From contig MCFE01000046.1 of the NCBI GenBank assembly GCA_002104905.1, positions 124,001 through 188,000 of the forward strand: DNA of 64,000 nucleotides, written 5' to 3'. A program made the translations under genes and the position numbers. A model generated the notes under the pieces. The model was not told the DNA's origin. It did not search any database and worked only from the letters and a program-made list of their open reading frames with translations. This document shows positions 48,816-59,699 of this stretch, piece after piece. Position 1 is the stretch's first letter; each line of letters opens with the position of its first letter. Source of the stretch: Basidiobolus meristosporus CBS 931.73 (taxonomy: Eukaryota; Fungi; Basidiobolomycota).

Positions 48816-49688
48816 TCAATGGAAAGAGCTTAGCACGTCGGTCAGACTGACTACGTTTCCCTGAGCTGGCATCATGCGGGTAGTGAGCAACTCCCAGGCC
48901 GCGCTGTTGGCATCGTTTGCTGTTTCCTTGACGACGGTGACCTTGTAGTCCCGGTCCACACCACCACGTAAGGTACCAAATACAGAGCCCCTAGAGCAAT
49001 ACAGTGTAGGACATGGTAAGTTCACACACACACTCATGTATGTTCATTCACGAGGTTAGCCACTTACGTAGCAAAGCATCCGGATATAATGATATGCTCG
49101 ACACCAAGGGATCTCAGCACAGTATCGAGGTCAGACCCAAAGAAAGCATCGACACGTCTCTTGACAATGACAATGTCCCCCTTGCGAGGGGACATGCCTC
49201 GAACGAACCTAGCCCCGTAGGTGCCCTCTACCAGCTGATTGGCTTGCTTTCTGCGTTGGAAGAGTGCATTGTTGGGATGGATGTCAATGTGACCGGGTCG
49301 AAACTATGCAACTCGAGGGTCAGCAAATGCTCTCTCTTCCTCCAGTGGATGAATACTCATCACATACCTCCTGCTTCACGGCAATGACAGGAATGCCTTT
49401 CCCGTGGACCTCGCGGAATAGGCGGCGAGAATCGGAGAGGAATTGATGCTTTCTTGGGTCAGTGTTGTTCCATCCGGCTACGATGTCCTCCTGGAAATCG
49501 AGGAAGAGGAAGCTACAAAACTTACGCGGTCAGTTGGGGCTCGTAAAGGTGCAAGCAGAACTCGAGTCATACGCAGTGTTGGTCAGCTGAACAGACTGGC
49601 TATTTTGTCTCTTCTCAAGTGAAGCCTCACCTCTAGTCAGTGCTAGGGTTGTCAGGGCAAGTAACGCAACAGTCTTGAAGAATCTCAT
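48816..49688 (-). CDS. Isochorismatase-family (cysteine hydrolase fold) protein with signal peptide, about 4 exons; two apparent -1 frameshifts
   Basis: MRFFKTVALLALTTLALTRG signal and EKRQ; TA/LLFLDFQ, GIPVIAV, FRPGH, KRRVDAFFGSDL..VLR.LGV, GCFAT/GSVFGTLRGG.DRDYKVTVV. Confidence 0.85.
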
Positions 49689-50420
49689 TTTGTGACTTGG
49701 AAAAGGAGCGAGTGTCTGAGAGTACGGATCAGTCAAACAGGTATAAATAGTGATGGCCAATGATTATCCGAATCTGAGGGATGTTACACGCCAGGCAACC
49801 ACACACCAAAGCAGGTAGGCATTCATAACTTTACCTATCAGTAGTATGCTTCAGGGAACTTGGAGCTATTGAAACTCCATTGAGCACGTGTAACATCGGA
49901 AAGCGGAGAATGGATAGAAATGAACTGGTGGAGTGACTACTGGAAATTTGTATCAAAGTGCGGAATCAGTTTAGATTTCGATGCCTTCATAATAATACCC
50001 TGTAAATCTAAGGGTAGAATATTCTATACGATTACCAAGTATAGTAATGATGTGATGAACAGACCCAAGTATGAGATCGGGTGTTCTACAGAATATTGAG
50101 GGAGCATTGTAGCATTGAAGGAGCATTCTAGCGTTTTGTTATCGTTAATGATAACCATTTGTTACACATTTGCGTTGGGAATGACCGTGAGCCTCATAGT
50201 GAGGAATCTCATTTCGTGACTTGAAAAGGAGTGAGTGTCTGAGAGTACGAATCAGTCAAACAGATGATTATCCGAATCTGAGGGATGTTACACACCAGGC
50301 GACCACATACTAATGGAGGCATGTAATCGAAGCTATCACTAACTGGAGCACGTGTAACACCACAAAGTGTGTAATGGAGAGGAATGAATTGTGCAATGCA
50401 AATACAGGAAATTTGTATCA
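49681..50420 (-). repeat. Degenerate tandem duplication of the isochorismatase start codon and upstream region (49681-49960 vs 50206-50420)
   Basis: AATCTCATTT.GTGACTTG.AAAAGGAG.GAGTGTCTGAGAGTACG...GATTATCCGAATCTGAGGGATGTTACAC...GGAAATTTGTATCA in both copies. Confidence 0.85.
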
Positions 50421-50664
50421 TAATAGCTTGATGCATGATAAGGAGGCGTCAACCTATGTTGAAGATAGTACAAGTAAAATTAAGCAATACCCAGTAGCTT
50501 GCCGAGTTAATGTATATCACTTCTAGCTGTTTCAAGTTAGCTATTTGAGAACCATGTGCATCATCAATCAATGAAGCCCAGCACGGTTTGACAAACATTA
50601 TCACAGTATTGTTGTAAATTTCGTAATTCCGACCATGTATGAGTATTGACACCACTTTTACATG

Positions 50665-50738
50665 CAATAAATCATTAAGTGAAAGCCACCTAATCTACTT
50701 GTTCTCCAAGTCACTTCCAAAATCTCCAAAACTCTTAC
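50665..50738 (+). mobile_element. Short fragment of the copia LTR 3' end
   Basis: AAATCATTAAGTGAAAGCCACCTAATCTACTTGTTCTCCAAGTCACTTCCAAAATCTCCAAAACTCTTAC. Confidence 0.8.
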
Positions 50739-50948
50739 TGGGCTGATATCTAATATTAATGCCCGCAGTTCTGATAATGATACAGGGGTGTGCAAGTAAA
50801 AAGGCTGGAGATACAGTTAAAGATAATCACAAGTAACAACAAAGATAAGTATGTCATTTGAATTTTATTGATTGAGGATTTCCAGTAATAATGTGGTGAT
50901 GACCACCTACATTTTCAGCTCATTGAGTTAGGCGCAATTGCCACCACA

Positions 50949-51223
50949 CTAATTGTATTGAACGTTTTGCTCTGTCTCTGCCACAAGGGTTGTGTATTGT
51001 ACATCTTGGGTGGGATGCATCAGAACGTATGGATATGAAGCGCTATCGTCTGAGTGTTCCGCTCCCTTTTGCTTTGCATATTCTAATGCGTTGGCCCCAC
51101 CCTCCAGTTCGAGACCGGGCCCTGTTTGATACTTGACATTGAAGCCTTTATTTAGGTTGGGGCAGCAACGGCAACTTGATTCGCGGCAAGGCCTAGAATC
51201 ACTGCTATGGTAGTAGAGCGCAT
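50949..51223 (-). CDS. Small secreted protein (about 91 aa) with an apparent -1 frameshift in a C run (about 51160)
   Basis: MRSTTIAVILGLAANQVAVAAP joins NLNKGFNVKYQ...QYN* if one base is added; TATA-like TATTATATAG upstream. Confidence 0.55.
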
Positions 51224-51600
51224 GCTGAAGAATAGCTGAGCAATAAGTTAGTTGCATAGGCCGCTATATAATAAGGTTTGACCGAGGGCATAAAGTATGG
51301 CTGAACATTGGAAATATCGAACCCTTGCAACCCAGAGAACCCTGGCTGCTCACCCGAAGTCTCGCTTGTCTGCATTGGCTCACTCATCTCCGAATCATCC
51401 CCTTCCTCAATTGATGGCTGGTATTCTTGACTAGGGACCGAAGTGTCCTGATAACAGGCATCCAGTTGTTCGACACATGGCTCATTGGTGTAGGCTACCT
51501 GGGAGTCGCCGAGTGGGGTAGCGGAGATTGCTTGCAATGAAGCGATGACAGAAACTAGCAAGAGGAAAGAAAGCTGCATGACTGGCTGGTGGAGTCTCAT
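51205..51600 (-). CDS. Small secreted acidic protein (start at 51600 or 51579)
   Basis: MQLSFLLLVSVIASLQAISATP signal; Glu/Asp/Ser-rich body with C..(6)..C. Confidence 0.6.
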   Translation of the reverse strand: MRLHQPVMQLSFLLLVSVIASLQAISATPLGDSQVAYTNEPCVEQLDACYQDTSVPSQEYQPSIEEGDDSEMSEPMQTSETSGEQPGFSGLQGFDISNVQPYFMPSVKPYYIAAYATNLLLSYSSACALLP

Positions 51601-52150
51601 GCAAATTATCCCGATTTATATCACCTTCTCGTACCCACTCAATTAGGCTTTGCGCTCATAGCACTAGCTTTAAGCGAGCTAGATTGATGGAGAACAGCGT
51701 CGTGTTAAGAGCTCAACCACCACAGTAACCTGTTGTTACAAGAAACTAGGGTTGTTGCTGATTACCTACGACTGTCATGGTGTGTACAGCACAGTACAGG
51801 CGAGAATAAATTGATTAGTTGTTTGCCAAGAGTTGGGGATATTGAGTGTATAGTGCTTGGGATAGTTGATGCTATCTTAGAGTTTCTTATTGCAGTACGC
51901 GCGTTTTCAATCAGTTATTTGTCAAGAAACAAGCCAAATGTGATCTTTATTTGTGTTACGCTTTAGCTATGCTACTTCGATCGATAGCTTGGATGGCGTA
52001 GTGACAAGTTACTACAAATATTTACAGATATATCAGACTCCGAGATTCCCACGGTTGATTTCGACAGAGTGTGTTTTTCCTTTTTTTAGCAGTGTAGCTT
52101 GCCTGAATAAAGGTTTGACCAAAGGAACTGCCATCTCCGGTAAGCTTGAT

Positions 52151-52278
52151 ATGCGAGCCTTTTGGTACCTATGCTCCATCGCTATGCTGAGTGTCTCTTG
52201 CGGTAGTCAAATCATTGCCTAGCAGATGATGTACGCCATTGTCAGCCAGCATGTTGTAAAACTTGTTTCCTCAGGTAA
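52151..52278 (+). CDS. Possible 42-aa secreted Cys-rich peptide (requires one extra A at about 52210)
   Basis: MRAFWYLCSIAMLSVSCGSQ plus NHCLADDVRHCQPACCKTCFLR* in the -1 frame. Confidence 0.3.
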
Positions 52279-52511
52279 TGTTGCAGATTTGGCCTCATTT
52301 GTAGCCATTCATGATCTCTCGATCATTTCTCCAAGCTTGGCCTAAGACTCAGCACTTTAGGTGGGAAGCCACTATACTTAGTAGAAAAGGGCACATGAAG
52401 CAGCCGTTAGCATAATGACCCAACACTAAGCCACCACCTGAACAAGGTGATATAAAGCAGCTGGTGTGGGCTTGTCAGTCTTAAGACTTATTGCACTGCA
52501 CTTCCTCTGCC

Positions 52512-52730
52512 ATGGTGTTCGATCAAGAAGCCCGTTTGTATTCTGCCGATGTCAGAGAAGAGATTGCCAGAGCCAAGAGAGTTAACAATGGAAACTACAT
52601 CTCATTCACAGTCAGAGGGATTCGCTGGAATTGGAGAGGACCTGGAACTGGCGAGCTGTCCTTCAAGCAGATCCTCGAAGGCAGAAAGGGAACCGCCTAC
52701 GTGGATAGCCAGACATGGGTAATCTCGTAG
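52512..52730 (+). CDS. Small orphan protein (72 aa)
   Basis: TATAAA at 52451; ATG in GCCATGG context; CpG retained; no family recognised. Confidence 0.45.
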   Translation: MVFDQEARLYSADVREEIARAKRVNNGNYISFTVRGIRWNWRGPGTGELSFKQILEGRKGTAYVDSQTWVIS

Positions 52731-55700
52731 GGTTTGGTTGGTGCTTGCGTAGCCGGTGGACTCTTGGAGATGTTGCTGTTAAGGATATCTAGCTGAAGCA
52801 TTGCGAAATAAATGAGTCCAAATCTTGCATTCCTTTGACCCAGCTATATTATGCTCGTTGCACTGTGAGAATTTAACTCTCCTAGAAGAGCAAAACACTT
52901 TATTAAATATTTGTAGATTACTACTTTGAATGTCCAAGTGTAGCGTGAGAGCAGAGTTTTACATGCTTTTGATCAGATATACGTGTACAACTGCGATGTA
53001 CAGGCAGTTCTTGGTGTCGGCATCCGTTCCAGTAATCAGTATCGTGTACACACGCTCCATACTTCTGAAGACAATCATTTCTGTTACGGTCAATATGATA
53101 TGGCACTCCTGAGGACTTTTTAACATATATCCTAAATAACCTTGAGACGCATTAGCATCTATCAGCAGAACACCACTTTGAGTCTGTAAAGGCTATTATC
53201 GCTGATCTATGCAAGAGCTAAAGAAATCAACGTGTTTCCACTGGTCTCAAGAGGAAAATACAGTATCTTTAATAAATCCTAACCCTAAGCCTTGAAAACC
53301 ACTTTTTTGGTGCTTCCTCAAGATATCCTTATGGTTAGTTTCAAAGAGAGTTTTTGCCAGAGTATATAAGCTTTGCTTCAGCCCTACCTACTACTACTGC
53401 AATGTCAGTTAGTACTATATATTTCTTTTGGTTTGGCAACACTTACGGCTTTCAGTATCTCAGGTCCTATCATTTTACAGACAAGGATGAATATTTTCTA
53501 GGGAGTGAATAGGTCAAATAACCTATGCACAAGATTTAGCAATACACTACTCACAACTTCTATGATTATTTATAGCTAAACCTAACCTTGGAGAAAGCAT
53601 CAATATTTGAATCAGTCTAATGACTATTTCAAGCATTTGTATAATGCCTAGCATACTTTGTGTGGTAAGTCATAGTGTTTGTTAGGTGGCTTGCTTACTC
53701 CTCTTTGATGCAAGCAGTTGTGACATTTAAACTTACCAGGTGTGGGACAAGGATTACTGTTGGAAGCACTAACCTAAGGTTTACAATTCTGTACAGAATA
53801 GAAAATTTCAATGGTGCCTCAGTTATACCTTTTCTGGATAACTGTCACACAGACCTCAACTTCATCTAAGGTGGTGGGATAGGGCATAACACTCTTGCAT
53901 TCTCCACTCTCTGCCTGCATTTACATCTATAGCTTTTGGTGCCAAGTGCATATTGACAATGTGAAAGGGTTTACTATATATTATAGGGGATACATAAGCT
54001 CTCATCAAGTCAAATTCTGCTTTTACTTCCAAATTGAATGATGGCTCATGTGCATATAGCAACCATCTGCCACATGGATCTGCATTAATAAACATCCTGA
54101 GAATTCTGATTTTAAGTGATTTATTTGCATAAGGGACTAGTTTAAGAATACTTAGATCCAGTTCTATCCACACATTCTTGGCTGAACAGAGAAGTCATCT
54201 GCAGAGCTGTTGTGGTGCTGTGATCCAGGATTATAGGCTGCAAAACTCCACAAAAATGCTCATTGTCACTTTTACAGCATTACCAAGGTTTTACCACTAA
54301 GGGAACTTTGCAAAAAGATGCAGCTTATCCAAATGACTCCCAAAATCATCAACAGTCACCTCTTATGCTGATAGCCATTGATAAGCTGCCTCAAACATCT
54401 TGCTATATTAGATCTTAACTTGGGCAATTCTTATATACAGAGTTTGGGGGAAGTAATGGGTTCCATATCTACTGAAGAACTCATCCAACTTTTAAGTACA
54501 ACTCAAATGGCCTTGACAGGTCTTTGTATGGTTGCATATAAGAGCATATAGATTTCTAGGGGAAGTGAAAGTCCTCACAGGGGTGAAATCTTTATTATTG
54601 CACAGTAGGGGGTGACAAGGGTTAAGGTATAGTGCTTATAGCAGAAGTTAGAACTGCAAGAGCCCTCAGAGATGTGGTAACCCAGAGAATAACAGAGGCA
54701 GGGGTATGGGGATGCAATCATTTAATATACTTCCTTCAATATCAATACTATCATATACCTTATCTATTAAAATCTTGGATATGTTACACATCTATTTAAT
54801 TGGTTTTTCCAATTTTTCTGACATTAATCACTGCTAGATGAGAGTATTTTAGTAATAGTTAGAGTAGCAACTGATGTGAGAGATGTAGTCCTCTAGTGAA
54901 TAACACAATTAGGGTGTATCAGGGGGGCAATCCCTCATGTACTTTCTAATCATTGCTATAATTTCAAAATCTCTCATATGACAGCTATAAGATTCTAATA
55001 GCTTAGTTACACACCACTCTGCTATAATGCTTGAGGAATTATGTGAATACAGGAGTTGTGGTAAAGGTTGAATAGGGTAAGAAGACAAGAGGTCTGGAGC
55101 ATGCAGTCTCCCAGACAAAAAACAATGTGGATGTCTTATGGATGCAATCCCTCAACATATTTCTTTCAAATCAACTTTGTCTTTGCTTTTGATTATATAT
55201 CCAGTTAGCAAAACCAGATTTAATGATACCAATTTTTCTAACCCTAAGCATTATTTGGTTTGATACAATTATCAATATAATATATCTATGGCTATATATA
55301 TTATATATAGATCATGGTCTTTACCATTTTGGTGTAATTTTTAGATATAATGGAGTCATTTCCCTGTAATCAATAAGAACTAAAATAAAAAATGCTATAT
55401 AACATTTCAAAGTATACTGAAATAATATGGCTTAGTTGAATAGTATAGATCTTCAATCAATATTGCAATAAAATTCAAGATTGACAATTTTAGCACTATT
55501 TTCAGAGGTCTCCTCAGATAATCGATCTACATTTATTTGGTTTGAAATATTACGATCAAGAGAAACATTACAAACATAGTTTCTAATAACATCCTACGGA
55601 TGACATAATTTATTCGAGGGCGATCAAGAGAAACCTCAGGGAAGAAGATTTACTCGCGCATATTACCGCACCACACCACAATCTAGCATAGAGAGCCAAT

Positions 55701-56108
55701 GCATCCGCTGCTTTTACAATAGGAGTGAATACTCTCATGTGTGTACTAGGAACCAGAGAGGATACATAATCTATTGTGGAGTGGCCTAGACAGCAGCTAT
55801 CTCGACCTCGTCATATCCTCACCTGTGTATCGGAGAAGATAACCCTCATGCATAGTATACGCAATATTGTACTCGTGTATGCACCTGGTTGGTTGTCTCT
55901 TACATCATGGGCGAGGGGTGAGTGAGGGGTGAGCTATACACCGGGATTGTCAAACAGCCAACTCATTATTCTCCTGTTGACAATAAAGATAACGGGACAA
56001 TTTCAAAAGTGTGGGTGATATCAACGCTGAATTGCTGCGTATCATATCGCTCAAGAGATCACACGTAGGCGGTGGCCAAAGCGACGCTCCAGATGCTACT
56101 CATTTAGC

Positions 56109-56116
56109 TATATATA
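56109..56116 (+). promoter_or_regulatory. TATA-like box upstream of the LuxI-like gene
   Basis: TATATATA about 100 bp before the ATG at 56213. Confidence 0.45.
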
Positions 56117-56212
56117 GCACTCCGCAACCTGGCTTTTCTGACGCAAATCCCTCTCTTTTTGATACGGAATTGATCACAGCGTCCACACAGACTGATCGAC
56201 AACCACTCAGCA

Positions 56213-56811
56213 ATGGTATATCAAATCAGAATCGTCCAAGATGAAGAAGGAATTAACCAAATCCAAAGACTTCTTTACACGGTCTACATCGAGGAGGGCA
56301 AGTGGAAGTTCAACCCTGCCAATCCAGCTGGGATAAGGATTGTGGACGATAGGCTAATTGACAACCGGGATGATATCGCGACATACTTTGGTGCATTCAG
56401 CAACAAGAAACTAATAGGCTGTTGCCGAATCTGTCCAAGACATGAAGGTTTATTTGAGATCCAGAGTTACACCAGCAAACCTTTGAGCCTACTGAATACA
56501 AAGAACTTGGTGGAGGGTTCAAGGAGTGCAGTACTGCCTGAGTATAGAGAGCACGGAGTATTCCGTATTATGTTTCGTGAAGTTCTCCAATACTGTTATC
56601 AACGAGATCTTTTGCTATTTACTTGTACTAGTTCAAAGGAACTTCGACGTGTTTTTCAAATTATTGACTTCCAATGGTTGAGAATTTCTCATTCAAATAT
56701 GAATCCCACGACCCAGAAGAGTGCCAACTGTTTATGGTCAAGTCCCGACGAGACTTACTCAATAGTATTTCAAAACTTTGCCCAACAGTTCCATTACATA
56801 GCCATCTCTAA
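56213..56811 (+). CDS. Intronless LuxI/FeeM-like (GNAT-fold) N-acyltransferase; apparent -1 frameshift at about 56671 (uncorrected ORF ends at 56824)
   Basis: RLLYTVYIEEGKW, IDNRD, LIGCCRI, VEGSRSAVLPEYREHG, FTCT; corrected tail PMVENFSFKYESHDPEEC...SHL* gives 199 aa. Confidence 0.75.
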
Positions 56812-57537
56812 GCTTGATAAATAAATCCAACTGATATTTTACCCTATTTTATAATATCCTAATTTTGATCAAAGCCTGAATACATTCTATTTTGCATTAT
56901 CCTAATTGCTGAATAATGCATAGTTACACCGTTTTCTATCTTTTCCTAGCTTTCAATTAATGTATATGCTCAATATATTTCTAATATTACTCTTCAACTA
57001 TTCAGCATTCTTATGTATGGTTTTTTATTAATCAAATTATTATAAAGTATATCAGCCATCATTCAAATGGCTATCTATCTTAAAGCCATCCTAAAGGCTT
57101 ATATACAATAATTAAATCTCAAATACATTAGACTTGTTCTGTTTTGTTGTACCAGGTAACTCCACTTCATTCTTTTACTTACCATGTGCTGATATTTATT
57201 ATGATATTTGTTCAAACTATGGTATGATGCCTTTTATTCATTTTCAATTCTCCCTCATATGCTGCTAAATACAACTCCCTGAACAGATATATGTGAATAT
57301 AAATATACTGTATATCTACTAATATCAGAGCTTTTTCTTCAACTAGCAATTTTTCCATATTTGATGAGAAAACTTAGAGATTAGTGTAACCTAGATAACA
57401 GATATGACAAATATATCCACATGAAAATACTACACTAGTTCCATTATTCCCAACTGATCTAGTGCTATAGTAAGTCATTTATGCCATAAATAATGTAGCA
57501 ATCTAATGGACCACAAAGACCAGATACCAAGTGTTAT

Positions 57538-59180
57538 GTGTGGTAAAAACTTGTAATTCCACCTAAATATTCACTTGACTTAGTCACTTAGACAATCACC
57601 TACAAATCTTTGAGAATACTGACTAAATTCCATGTTGGAATATACTCAGAGTATTTTCACTAAAATATCATGTACCCAGAACATGGAAATTATTAAAGTT
57701 GTCCAAACAGCCCCACACTTTGTGCACATGTTCATGGGACCTTCCTAAGTCTATTCTATGTGCTTTTCATGCTGGGATCATGTAAAAGTATAAATATTAC
57801 TTTACACTCAATAAATTATTAAGTGAGGACCACACAATCTACTTGTTCTCCCAATCACTTCCAATATCTCCAAGACACTTACAGCAGGCTATATTCCCCA
57901 AGCTGTCACTCTCTGCAAAGTCTACCACTACTATTAATGGAATTTCTGTCCCTGCTGAAAAGTTGGATGGATCTGACCACCATGTGTGGTAGATAACAAT
58001 GAAAATCCTGTTACTAGAAAGTGGCCTTTGAGACATTGTCATGGGAGAGGAGATCCCTGCTAATGACATGGGAGAGGATTTATTCAAGTACCAGAAGAAA
58101 GTACAACATGCCCTCCACTGCATTTGACTTAATATCAAGGACAAATTGATAATTCAATGCACAAGTGCAAAAACAGCAAAGACTGCCTGAAAAGCACTAG
58201 AAGACACTAGCCAGTCATGTTCAGCTGCTAGGAAAATGTTTCCTAAGAGAAAACTCCTTACTACAAACATGCTCCCAGGAGATAAAATAAAAAATCTAAT
58301 TAACAAAATTACCCTACTGGTGGATGTGATGGAATCTGTGGGCATACCAACAACTGATGAGGATATGATAGTTATCATGTTGAATAGCCTGACAGACAAG
58401 TCTCAGGGCTTTGTATCAGCCCTAGAGCTTGTAACTGAAGATTTGACCTTGAATTACATATGTGGAAGGCTCCTGGATGAAGAATTAAGAAAATCAAGTG
58501 CCAATAAGCTAGTAGAAGAAAATGCTTTAATAAGCAATGATAACCAACAAAGGAGGTACTCAAGACCCTTTAAAGACAACAGCAACCTGTTTTGCAACTA
58601 CTGTAAAGGGAAAGAACACACATTAGATGGGTGCTTCAAAAACAGAGACAATCAGCAAACAGAAGCCTCTACATGGAAATACCGTAACAACAGAAGATAA
58701 GCTATTTGCATCTACACTACATGTGACTACACACAAAGATTCTCAGATGTGGTACATTGACTTTGGAGCCTCTCAACACTTGAAACACCAAAAAAAAACA
58801 TTTACCCAATATCAGGATACTCTAATCAAGAAGGTGTTCATGAGTGACAAAAGAACACTTGATGCAGCAGGAGAAGGGACTTTCCAAGCAAACTTAGAAG
58901 CAGTGAAGGAAGCCATACACTAAGTGACCTTTAAAAAAGTACAATATGTACCAGAAATAGCCAAGAAACTACTATCTGTAAACAAGGCCACAGCAGAAGG
59001 ATTTAGTTTCAGCTTTTGCAACTCTGGATGCAGGATCACTGATCCAAAGGTACCTATATCACTTCAGGTATCAGAGAACACAATCTCTACAAGTTGACTT
59101 ATATTCCTATCATATCTGGATGTCAATTGAAGTAACTTAGATGAAGAAATACCAATGCTTTGGTACAGGAGGTTAGGGGG
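57538..59180 (+). mobile_element. 5'-half decayed copia (LTR 57538-57886, degenerate PBS, gag, protease, pre-integrase)
   Basis: Family LTR; AEKLDGS, LTLNYICGRLLDEEL, CNYCKGKEH, WYIDFGASQH, YVPEIAKKLLSV, LWYRRLG. Confidence 0.9.
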
Positions 59181-59699
59181 GAGACAGTCACCAACTGGCA
59201 AAATCATTATTTCAGCTGAAACAGAGAAGCCAGCGCTACTGTTGTAGCTTTGATACAGAGTGTGTACTACTACTGTTGTAGCCTTGATACTGTTGTGAGT
59301 AGACACAAGGCAGGAGAGTAGAGCTAGGCAAGGCAGGGCCAGGAAAGGACTTAGGTGTGGATCAACAAGGAAAGGCTGGATTATTCAAGCAAGCTGTTTA
59401 TTCAAGCTGAGTTATCAGACTGAGGAATACATAAGGGGGGATAGGACAATATATACTTTTTGGCAATATAGATGCCAAGAGATATTGGCTAATACTGATG
59501 GCATTCTGGGGTGAGGCACAGTAGGTGTTCCAAGATAGAAATATACTTAAGAGCAGACTAGAATAACACATGGGGATATGTCAGGGGTCAGCTGACCATG
59601 TGACCTGGTCATGTGACATGCAAATACCATGTATGGTATTCAGCTACATATATTCCAAAGGGGAGCTTCCATAAAATGTTGCATTGAATGACATTGACT

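Noticed and set aside
52921-53106. Cys-containing 61-aa ORF on the - strand
   Set aside because: No signal peptide, promoter or recognisable family; overlapping frames are equally plausible.
57127-57143. ATT followed by AGACTTGTTCTGTT, matching the MITE terminus near the LuxI-like gene
   Set aside because: It points away from the gene and I found no partner TIR or subterminal repeats, so there is no evidence the gene was carried by this transposon.
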